A stretch of 61,967 nucleotides of DNA, the filler included, from Sphacelaria rigidula (taxonomy: Eukaryota): assembly GCA_964200075.2 (NCBI GenBank). It is 10 parts of 10 records of this genome, joined end to end, with 100 filler letters (N's around TTAATTAATTAA, not from the genome) between each part and the next. Parts side by side here need not be neighbours in the genome. Positions count along the whole stretch, not along the records: positions 43,450 to 49,555 come from CAXNAA020022185.1; positions 49,656 to 55,761 come from CAXNAA020022186.1; positions 55,862 to 61,967 come from CAXNAA020022187.1; 7 more parts are not named here. One strand, 5' to 3'. The position numbers and the translations under genes are program-made. Of this stretch, positions 48,025 through 58,376 are shown in pieces. How positions within the stretch are numbered: the stretch's first letter is position 1; each line of letters begins with the position of its first letter. The notes beneath the pieces were generated by a model. That model made no database searches and was not told the origin of the DNA. It worked only from the letters and a program-made list of their open reading frames with translations.

Positions 48025-48135
48025 TTCAACATTCAGACGGCGATGCGGGTAGTCCATCTGGATCACACATACTTCTTCCGAGTGAATGTTGATGCCGATC
48101 TAGCAGGTGAACTACCCTCGCGGTCAAAGGGTTAA
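48025..48135. mobile_element. Short piggyBac-like palindromic element; second copy at 9251-9355
   Basis: Right end CGGTCAAAGGG-TTAA in both copies, left end TTCAACATTC. Inner arms are complementary. Confidence 0.5.
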
Positions 48136-49834
48136 CCAGTTCTGGACACGGAGAGTCATTTTCTGCAGCGGGGTGTGGTATCGATTGCCGTTGAAGCCGA
48201 AGAGCAGGCAGGCAATGGAGCATCCTTCAAGTTCAGCGTCGTACTGTGGTACCCTAAGGTATAATACAGTGCAGTACACTCCACCACAGTACACGATGAT
48301 GTCGTGCAGTAATACATCATGATACAGTCAGTGTTACGAGAACAGTGCAGTACGAGTGCAGTGCCGGAACATCACCCTGCAAGTACAGCACCGTTCGCCA
48401 CGGTGATTCACACGGCAGTGTGCTGCAGTACATTTTTCATACCATCGCCGCAGGGTACGGCGTCAACACTTCTTATCCGCTTGTCACATCCCGTGCGCGC
48501 TACGTGTGCTACGAAGCTGCTCCAGCAGCTGGCGCGGGCGTGCACGGGCTGTCCGCTGCTGCGGTTTTAAAGGGGTGAAACGCATATGGCCCCGTCACTA
48601 TACGTCACTGTACGCATGTCACCGTCCTGAAGAGTGGAGTGACCTCAACTTTCCCCGATCTGCAGCGCAGATTGGGGAAATTCGTGCAAAAGTTGTAAAA
48701 TCCCAATCTGATCTCCCCCTTCTGGACCATATTGGAGCCGATGAAAGGCAAACCCCGAATCTGAGCTACCCCGATCTACGTACAGATCGAAGTTCTGTGT
48801 CGCCACAATAATTCTTCTCACGCTTCAAAATCGTCTCTCTTGTTTACGTTCACGAGTACACAACGAGCACCTGATTTCAGTACCGATTACAAGGGACGAT
48901 TGAACGCGTTTTCCCCTAGAGTCATGAGTAGGAAATATATGATCGTCTTCATCCGTGTGGAATTTTTTTTGTCCAGCTCCAGCGCATGAAATTTCCAGGA
49001 AGTGACTCGTGCAGGGCAAGCTCTCACATGATGACCTCTCTGAACCGGACGGCAAAAACACAAATCTTGCAAGACCATCTTGGAACACGTTCAGGAACAC
49101 GAGCACGCGAAAATAAACGCGTTAAATCCGGACTCGTGAAATACCAGTCTTACGCAAAAACAAACAAACAAAATCGGAACAGAATCCGACATCTTTTCGC
49201 CTCAATACGCACGCACACACTGCGCAACCCTAGATTCAGCAAGATGAGATTGTTGTCTGTTGTCTACACGACATGCGATCGAAGTTTCAGCGCGTAAAAG
49301 CACTGACAGCGCATGCACGGTTGTGCCTCCTGAAGCGAGCACCTCTACAGGCGATACCAAGATGGGTCCCGCGTAGAATGACATCATCCAGAGTGTGCCC
49401 AATACAGGTCGATGTTCGGTTGCCGGGGCAGGAGCCACCCAGCAGGTCATAATGTGGAAGTGAGCGCATCTGCGTGTCAACATATGCATCCACTGACGTC
49501 TCACGCAGTCTGGGCCGAGGGGACTCCGTTTCGAGGGCGTATCGATGGCATTGCCNNNNNNNNNNNNNNNNNNNNNNNNNNNNNNNNNNNNNNNNNNNNT
49601 TAATTAATTAANNNNNNNNNNNNNNNNNNNNNNNNNNNNNNNNNNNNNNNNNNNNGATCCCAGGGCCGGCGTGGGTTGCAGCGGTAGGCATGGGTTTGGC
49701 AGTGGATACGGGGCTGTTTTTTTTTTTCAACCATGAGGGGATCGGTTGAAGTACGACAATTAGTAAGCAAAATCAAAAATGTTTTTTTAGGCTGAAATGC
49801 CACTCCCTTCATTGTACAGGGGGCGGGGGGCGGG

Positions 49835-49990
49835 ATGGGGGGGGGGGGCATACTCATCTGTTGCTTGCCTTTTTCGTTTGACCATCGACCACGCGTTTCT
49901 TTCAAGACGGAGCACCATTCCTACTCCTAAAAGAGATACCTCCAACATTCCAGCACTCACCACGTTTCTTACGTACACTACACAAAAAGC
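49835..49990 (-). mobile_element. Poly(C)-tailed LINE-like fragment, copy 5
   Basis: G-run then CATACTCATCTGTTGCTTGCC...TTTCAAGACGGAGCACCATTCCTACTCCTAA on the + strand. Confidence 0.68.
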
Positions 49991-50374
49991 ATATGGAACT
50001 CCTGTGTTGGCCTTCCTCCTGTGTGACCCCGGCTGATGCGCCCACAAATGCCGAAAGGTGTAGACTGAGCTGTGCGTGTTGTGTTGTCATCTCATCTATG
50101 CATGACGCCGGTCTACACTTTTCGATACATGTGGGCGCACCAGCCGGGGTCACACAGGAGGAAGGCCAACACAGAAGTTTTTTTTTGTTGTAGACTGGCG
50201 TCCAGAAAAGATGGGATGACAACACACAACACACATACTCACACACAACACAACAAAAAAAATTGACATATCTCATCCTCTTCCTAACTCGCCCTCTGTG
50301 GCCACCGTCTATCATCTCCAAGTATAGCGATTGGTTTTCTCGCTTCTGTCTAGTGCATCAAACTAGATCAAATG

Positions 50375-50499
50375 GATGAAAGAAACGTAATGAACGCCCA
50401 AATGCTAGGGGCGTGTATGTGAGGAGTAGGAACTGTGTCCCGAAAGGGATGCATGGTCAAATGACAAATGACAAATGCAAACATGAGCATGCCCCCCCC
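50375..50499 (+). mobile_element. Poly(C)-tailed LINE-like fragment, copy 6 (diverged)
   Basis: AAGAAACGTAATGAACGCCCAAATG...TCCCGAAAGGGATGC...ATGAGCATG then C8. Confidence 0.62.
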
Positions 50500-50733
50500 T
50501 GTCGCTTTCGCCGTCCCAGTGCTTGTTTCCACACACCATGCCTGTTTATTGATAGGTGATGTGCCTTGAATCGCATCATAATCATGGTTCCGCAGTACAA
50601 GCTGGTGCCAGAAAAATAGGGAGACCAAAATGAGACTCGGGTGATTTATCGGCTGATTTCTGCGGGAAGTAAAAAACTAGAAAAAATCGAAAAGAGGGAT
50701 GCATCGCATCAACCATTCAAGGCCATTAATTAC

Positions 50734-50965
50734 CGGGGGGGGGGGGGGGGGGGCGTACTCATTTGTTGCTTGCCTTGGTCATTTGACCATTGACCACGTA
50801 TCCCTCTCGAGACGGAGCACCGCTTCTAGTCCAAACAGACATCTCGAGTATTGGGCGCTCGTTGCGTTTCTTCCATACATGGCACAAAAAATATTTCACA
50901 GTACAGTCCTTGCAGTATCCGTTTCCTGTTTGGCCATCTGTGGCGACCATCTATCACTCCCAGTA
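50734..50965 (-). mobile_element. Poly(C)-tailed LINE-like fragment, copy 7
   Basis: ORF 50759..50950 ends FLCHVWKKRNERP...NGQMTKASNK*, then GTACG and ~21 C on the element strand. Confidence 0.7.
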
Positions 50966-51308
50966 TACCGATTATTTTTCTCGCTTCTGTCTAATGTACC
51001 AAACGATTTTCATGTCACATTCGTTTAGTTGTCCTACTTTCTCTCTAACACGTCCCGTTCCTCCTTGGATAGTTTACGTTCTGCCACTACATAGAATTCT
51101 ACTCTATATTACTTTGCCACAGGCACAAATTCTGTGCATCTACTTCCTCCTCCACCCGACTACTGGTATACCTCTTTTTTTTCTGGCAAGTCCAGTTCTG
51201 CTCTCGACTTTTTTCAGTATACCTGCTCCCCCCCCCCGCGCACGCCCATTCGTTCATTCATCTTTTCCTCGCCCCGTCATCCCGCTTCTGATTTTTCTCG
51301 CTCGGCAG

Positions 51309-52031
51309 GTGGAGTCAGCCGTCATGACATTGCCCGGGGTTCTCTCTTGCAGCCTTACCCGAGACCTGGTGATGTCCAACGACATTATGCCGTCACCATC
51401 TCCATCACCGTCCAGCTCGGCCGCCGCAGCAGCGGGCGCCGCTGGTGAAACATATCTCTCGTCGAAGTACCACCTGGTGGCGAAGCTGTCGCCGCAAACA
51501 CCCTTGCTGCCATTGGGCGGCGGTGGCAGCAGTAGTAGCAGCAGTGTCGGTCCCGGTTACGGCCGAAACAATGACGGCGGGCAATTAGCAGCAGCAGCAG
51601 CAGCAGCGGAACGAGATCAGCCAGCGTCGTATATCTTCGGGAGCGAAGTTGGAACGGGTGGCAGTCATGGTAATGGCGATGATTGCTACGGCGACGAGGA
51701 GAGCGGACGCCGTAGCCTGTCCCCCCGAGCTGGCGCGGGTGAGATTGGTGGTCGCCGTGCGGCTGCTGGGGAGTCTCCGCGGCAACGTCAACGGGAGCCC
51801 GCAGGACGAGCGCAGGAGCGAGACGGGGACCGGGAAGGTGAGGTACAGGTCGGTCCTGGTGATGAAACACGCGTGCTGTGGGCGGCCTTGGGAGATGCAT
51901 ACGGGCGAGATGGGAAACGCAAGGCTGCGGTGGGGGTTCGAGATGTGGTGGAGGCCGTGGAGAGGCTGGGGTACGGGGCATGGTTGGTTGACGAGGATGC
52001 GGTTGATGCTAGTGCGATGGAGAAGTCACAG
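51309..52031 (+). CDS. Internal exon of a probable P1B-type (Cu) heavy-metal ATPase: last HMA domain with a long low-complexity insertion
   Basis: CAG acceptor after a pyrimidine tract, GTGTGT donor, 241 codons. Starts VESAVMTLPGVLSCSL and ends VGVRDVVEAVERLGYGAWL...MEKSQ, resembling the ATP7/HMA5 HMA C-terminal half (GPRDII-x2-IE-x2-GF-x-A). Confidence 0.72.
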
Positions 52032-53049
52032 GTGTGTATGTGTCATACGTCATTCCCCAGGATTGTTCTTGAGGTTTGTTGCTTTAGTTGTTGTTTTTTC
52101 CGTCACACTTTTGAAGAGCCCTCCCTTTTCGGGACCAGTCCGTGGTATCAAGGTATCAATCATCATAGTGGAGTATGATCTATCAACCACTCGGCCGCAA
52201 GGGTGGTCCATCTGGGTCATGTATACTTTTTTCGAGTGGATTCGAAGCAGATTCAACTGATGATCTGTGCTCGCCGTCAAAGGGTCAAGACATAAATCAT
52301 CCTGTCATCTTCTCTGCTGTTGTATTAATAAACTCATCATCTCGTAGGGCGTCAATCAACCCGTCATTTCTTGGGGCATCAATCAACCCATCTCTCCTCC
52401 GGCAAACCCGCCTTTGCTTTCGATATCGCGAATTGGATCGGCACTCCCTCACAGCGTCGACTCTCGTCGAAAAAACTTGTCAGAAAAAAGTCATCCGCTC
52501 TACTGCACCCTATCTCGATACAGTTGTTCCATTTCGATTCAGACCACCGGGACGCGGCCGCCAGGCACGATATAGTCAACTCTTTTGGAACTCACAATTG
52601 AAGATTGATCGTTTGCGATTGACGGTTTTTGAGCAAGATATGGCTGATGGTTTACAGCTCAGACGCAACAACATTCACCCAATGTGTATTTTCCAGACCC
52701 GTGCGGGTAACGATGGAACAAAAGAAGATTTCCTATTTACCAGTGTGCCGTACTAGACCCTGGAACTCATTGCTGTTTTTTTAATGGAATGTTTCATAGT
52801 ATTTTTGCTAATTATTGTCGATGGATACAATTGGACACCGTTCATCCGTTGCGTGGTATGATTGGACAAACCTCATCCGACCTCTCCAGGGAGGACATTT
52901 TTCCCGCACCTGCCGCGTGTGCTACTGGATTCTTCTCCGGTCTTCCATTATAAAGTGGTTGCCGTCGGGCTTTTCTGCTTCCATCTTTTCCTCTTTTCAG
53001 TGCTTCTCACAATGAGGCGTTTGGTACGAGGACAGGAGGAGAGGGTTCC

Positions 53050-53306
53050 AAAAGGGTTGACCGGAGTTTGGCTACAAAGTTGTATTACTGAATTTGAGTG
53101 TGAACCACGAGAGTCGGATCTTGGGTGGGACTTGACAGTCCTGTGTGCTCCTAGCTTGCTCAGAAAGCGTTTTCGTCCAAATCGGGGCCTACGCGATTTG
53201 AGGTCTCCCAATGCCACACAGTCTGCCTAGGGAACCCTATGCACCTCTCATGTCCGAGGGTTCTCGGTATGCCTCGGGATGGGGTTGGGGTTTGGGTTAG
53301 GGTTGG
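53050..53306 (+). repeat. Dispersed repeat ending in telomere-like GGGTTA units; other copies at 28418-28633 (+) and 31888-32130 (-)
   Basis: Shared blocks TTGAGTGT..., CGGATCTTG, CCAAATC, GCCTAGGGAAC and TTCTCGGTA, followed by GGGTTTGGGTTAGGG-like sequence. Confidence 0.7.
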
Positions 53307-54002
53307 CGATATTTGCAAAATTCGTCACCCATGGATAGAAAATAGCCCAACACCGGTTACCCCACCTCACCAGATTAGTGTGCTGACTCGCCGCGCCAGT
53401 CGTCGACTCTCCCTGATATTTCTTGTGTTTAGCTGCTCACACGTCCCCACCCACCCACGCCTTTTCGACGGTAAGCTAGATATCGCTCCACAGGATCGCA
53501 TCTTGTTCGTCTATATTATAATAGTTGAGGTGATATTTTTCACACACTTGTTTTGTTTGCCCCGGCCGGGTGCTCTCTCGCCCTCTCCCTTTTAGGCAAG
53601 GGAGGCTGCAGAGTGGGGGCGATTACTGAAGATTGCCTTGGGATTCACGCTGCCCGTTATGTTTCTTCACGCCATGGAGGATACCAGGCGAGTCTCACCG
53701 GTCCCGTGCCCATGTTGGTATTCGGGGATGTACATCGCTAACGGAGATATATACGGAGTATATAATATAATGTATATATTAGTTAATTGATTATTTGGTT
53801 GGGATTGAATGGATTGGTGAAAGACAATATGGATTGAAAAAATATTTAATAACTCGGCAATTTTTACATTCAGACCAGCGGCCGGCGCAAATATTTCGCA
53901 AGAAAAGGAATGAGCAGACCAGCAATCCCTCGCAGAAGAGGAGCGTACGTATATATTTTTTGTCGACCCCAGTGATATCCGTTATCCTTCGCGATCGAGC
54001 CA

Positions 54003-54336
54003 CCTGTGTATTTGAAAGGGACCTCAAGGCACAAGGTTATAGACACCTCCAAGAAGAGATCGACGGGATCATACTTCCGTCTTCCTGAGTGCTGCCAGCC
54101 TGCGGCGCTGAGGACGCCAAGGAGGTCGCATTCGGTCTCAGTAGCTTCATCCGGACTCGCATCCGATCTCAAGCTTTCAGCTTGGACCGTCATGATGAAG
54201 CATCTCAAGACTGGATGCGACCTCCTTGGCGTCCTCAGTATCGCAAGCTGACAGCACTCAGGAAGACGGAAGTATGACCCCAACCCCTTGTTGGAGGTAC
54301 CTATAACCTTGTGCCTTGAGATCCCCTCTGACAGGA
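54003..54336. repeat. Long inverted repeat (~145-bp arms)
   Basis: CTCAAGGCACAAGGTTATAG...ATACTTCCGTCTTCCTGAGTGCTG...GAGGACGCCAAGGAGGTCGCAT is mirrored downstream. Confidence 0.85.
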
Positions 54337-54639
54337 ACACCGTTCTCAATCAGTACTCTGTACTCGGGACGTTGATGGAAATCAGTGGGGCCGACATACT
54401 GTGTGAAGCATAGTTGATGCTGTGTTGTGGGCGCCATAAATGTGATGGCGAAGGGGTTGCGTGGTGGCGAGACAGTTTGACATATCGGTACGTCCGCCGA
54501 TATTGATGAGAGATTGCGGGGCACTTATCAGGATATTTAGATGACATGCCGCCGAAACGACAACGTGTGCTGATGTATTTTGAGGGAGGTTGCTGACGCA
54601 TTTTGCCGAACTTAGCCGATGAGATTGTGCGGAAGTAAT

Positions 54640-55402
54640 ATAATATTGATAACGTACCGGCAGTGGTAGTCGGGTAAATGTACGAATACGCCGTCGAGGA
54701 TGTCGGGTGTTCGTGAAATTCAGCGTTTTGAAAACTGCACCAGAAAAGAGGTATATCGTACGTTTTTGACGTATCAAATTATGACTTTTACAATTTCGCC
54801 AATTCGCCAATCACACCGAACGTACAGCGGCAGAGGTAGTCGGGTAAAATCTGCACCATAAATTACGTAAATTTCACGTTTTTAACGTATGAAATTATGT
54901 CTTTGGCATATTCGCCGTTGACAGCGGCAGCGGAAGTCGGGTGGAATGTGCCCGAAAAAAGAGGGAAATGACGCCATGATTACCCATTAGCCGTTGCTTT
55001 TCTAGGCAAATTGAACGTATAAAACTCCGCACCATGAAATATGTAAATCTCACGTTTTTAACGTATGAAATTATGTCTTTCACAAATTGGCCGATTCGCC
55101 GATGACAGCGTCGCGGAAGTCGGGTGGAATGTGCCAGGAAAAAAGGGGGAAAACGACGCCATGATCACCCATTAGCCGTCGCTTTTCTAGGCAAATTGAA
55201 CGTATCAAAATCTGCACCATAAAATATGTAAATCTCACGTTTTTAACGTATGAATTCATGAATTTTACAAATTGGCCGATTCGCCTACGACCGCGGCAGT
55301 GGTTTCGGGTTATATGTGCCCGAAATAAGAGGGATAATGACGCCATAATTTCCAAATACCCGTCGCGGGTCATGGTCAAATTGGACGTATCAAAATCTAC
55401 AC
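54640..55402 (+). repeat. Degenerate tandem array, ~180-190-bp unit, about 4-5 copies
   Basis: Recurrent CGGCAG..GTAGTCGGGT, AAATCTGCACCAT and TCACGTTTTTAACGTATGAAATTATG. Confidence 0.8.
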
Positions 55403-55404
55403 CA

Positions 55405-55620
55405 TGTGTGTGTTGTCGTCCCATTGATTCTGGGCGCCGGTCTACACCTTCCGGTATCTGTGGGCGCACTAGCCGAGGTCACACAGGAGGAAGGTCAAAA
55501 CAGGAGTTTTTTTTTGTGTGTTTTTTTTTAGTACCCCTTCCTTCTGCGGTGCTTGCCTTTATTTTTTATCGCGATAGGGGTTTGGCAGTTCCTTTCCCTC
55601 GTCGAACGTTGAGTCGAATT
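55405..55620 (-). mobile_element. SINE family 1, 5'-truncated copy (further 3' fragments at 28753-28900 and 49997-50255)
   Basis: Reverse complement of the SINE body and tail (TGTGTGTGTTGTCGTCCCA...GGTGCTTGCCTTATTTTTTATCGCGA...). Confidence 0.78.
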
Positions 55621-55861
55621 TTCATCATGAAATATGTAGGGTTGGGGCTGGACCAGTATCTTCTGACAGTATTCCTGTACTGGCAGTTTTCCTGTACTGC
55701 GTCAGAGGCTGCCAGTACAGCCAGTACATACCTATCTTACGTACGTCCTATATTATGCCCCNNNNNNNNNNNNNNNNNNNNNNNNNNNNNNNNNNNNNNN
55801 NNNNNTTAATTAATTAANNNNNNNNNNNNNNNNNNNNNNNNNNNNNNNNNNNNNNNNNNNN

Positions 55862-58376
55862 TGGTGTTTCACCCTTATTGGCCAACAGAGGGGGCGAATC
55901 GTCATTGTGCAAAGCGGGATCAATTACATTATCCAGCTTGGTCGGAACAGGGGACGATTCATCGGGGCGCGGTGTTGAGTTTGATACGCCAATCAACTCA
56001 ATGCCATCAGTAGTTAGGACCAACATGGGAGGTTTTGGAGACGATTCGTCAGGACGCGGGGTTGGAAAAGCTGGACTGTTCAATTCGGCGTCTATTAAAG
56101 GCGCCAACGTGGGCGAGTTAGGAGACGAGTTGTCTTGCGTAACACTTGGTCTGCCTGGTGACGAACACACGATTGAAGTGCCTTCATGACTAGGATGCGA
56201 ACGTCCATGAGTCGGCGAAGTTTCTGTCCCTACAGACGGCAACGCTTCATCGGAAAGGGGTTCTGACGTAGTGCACGCGGTGTGGTCAAGGAGCAGTAAC
56301 GATCTGTTCGAAATTTGGGGAGTACCGGCCTGTTCCACTCTAAGGTTTTCATCTGTCTGAGCCCACACGCAATGTCCTCCGTGGAGTTCACGTGCGCTTG
56401 CTAGATCAGGGTTACCTACATAATCATTAGGAGTGGCCCGCCTATGGTGACGCGTGTAGCGCACGAAAGGGTCGGCGGCTCCAGGAGCTATTGAAATGAG
56501 TTCTTGGACAGTCGAACCTAGGTCAGGCTATTGGCGCACCACCTCAGTCGCTGTCACTTGGGGTTCCATTCCAACCCGCTGAGCGACGGGAAGCATGGGT
56601 TCTTTGCGGTTGCGACCCTTCAAGAAATAATTACACTCATCAAATAAAAGGGAACCGGGTACCGTAGTTTTTGCGGAACTCGGTAGGGTGGTTAGCCGGG
56701 CACTTGAGCAGTTGGGGGGTGCTTGAGTGTGAGGCTGCGAATTTTGTGTTCTCCGATGAACGGTCGGAGCAGCAGTGTCTATCGTACCAAAAGATATTTC
56801 GGCTCCTGATGGGTAAGAAACTGCACTACATGACTTCCTCTCCTTTAAAGGGAGGGGATTCGATTGAATATGATTAGTACCTGATGAATGTAAAACTGGG
56901 TGATCAAATCCAGGGTTAAAACGTTGGGTTTGGTCACTGCTCAATCGATGGCCATGCAACGGTGCACGGGCTTCGACTGTCTTGGAACCCTTCAAGTCAG
57001 TGTCAGCATATCCAGGGAACCCACACCACATGGTTGAATCCGCGGTGACCACTGCTGATTCGTGCGTGTGATATGTGTGACCTGGCCGAGCGAAAACAAA
57101 TGTAGACATCAAAGCGTTGGATACTTCTGCGGTGAATTACCGCTCATTGTTTATTTCTAATTGTGGGATTGTACCAACTAATGAGAAATGAACAACAGCA
57201 GTAGAAAATAAACAGGCAGGTGGCGGCGCTTAGGTTTTGGGCTAAGCAACGCGTCCTGGGTTACCCCACTGTATGCTATTTGGAACCTCCGGAACTTGTA
57301 GAACGTTCCCAAAAGGTTGTCAAGTTGTGAGGTGGGCATCAGTGCTGTATGGGTACCTCCCTGGCGTGGTTTAGCCGCGGCACTAGGTCCATTGATATGT
57401 GAACGTCTGCCGTTTTGTGAATGGACTGGTGCATGCGGTTGAAAATATGCCAGGTCAGGTGGGTCAGGCGGTGAATCAGTTGTCGCCTTGGGAGCGGAGC
57501 AGGCGACCGTACAATCGCAGTTGTGATTGCCAGACATACCAACATAGTCCCAAATGACGCGAAGCTTCCAAGTGTGTTTTTGTCAACAGATTTTACTCTT
57601 GCTCCGCAATTTCTAGAGCCTTCGTGGATTTGCGTATCGCGCGTTCTAGTTCATTCTGTTCTGTTGGCTTGTGTTTGGAGTGGAAATTTATCTCACGGGA
57701 GATCTGCGCGGGCTCTTGCACCCCTAAAAAACCCTCGTGTTCACCCGCCTGGAGGCGGGCAAGTTCCAACTCTCTCAACGCACGTTCAAGCTGTGCCAGA
57801 TTGCTGTTATCAATCTGGTCCCAGCACTTTTTTTGTTCCGTGACCGAAAAATTGTACCAATGACGCGGGGGAATCAAGGCTGGGCGGTTTTTCCGAAGCC
57901 AGTCGTGTGTTTCGTCACGCGTGGGCAGGGATTGTTCCGATTTGGGTGGCGTATCAAAAGCCAGAGTGGGGCGATGAGAGGGTTCAGCACCAGTTCGGGT
58001 GCGGAGGTCATCGTCAGGAAAGGTTTTCGTAGCATCAGGGCTCACTTGGCGGGATGCTATCTGAGAATAAAAAGTGAGAACACCATCAGCGTTTTGGGTG
58101 GCTGGGTGGTGTAGAGGTATGGGTATGTTCACTGAGGGAAGGGGGGTGAGCATGGGGAGGAGAACTACGGTCCCCATCGAAATCTTCAGCCACATCCCGG
58201 AAAATGTGCCCCGCAAGAATGCTATCATCAACATCGAAACGTTCCGGATTGTTGTTGGCAACAGTCTTATTACGCATCGGTGATCGTACAGTTGTTCTAC
58301 CACTGTCTGTAGGGAGCGCACCGTCCTTCGTGACATCTTTCCCCGATGAAGTCGAAGGGCGGTTGATATCAGACAT
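55862..58376 (-). pseudogene. Frameshifted long ORF remnant, possibly a retroelement ORF1/gag-like or other TE protein
   Basis: Successive minus-strand ORFs (58086-58376, 57593-58100, 57178-57537, 56528-57112, 55862-56464) have protein-like Pro/Ser/Thr-rich and coiled-coil content (LAQLERALRELELARLQ; NELERAIRKSTKALEIAEQE) and no clear splice structure. No family motif recognised. Confidence 0.4.

Noticed and set aside
50790..51308. N-terminal part of the 462-aa ORF
   Set aside because: It overlaps an antisense LINE fragment and a polypyrimidine tract ending in CAG, so it is intronic read-through.
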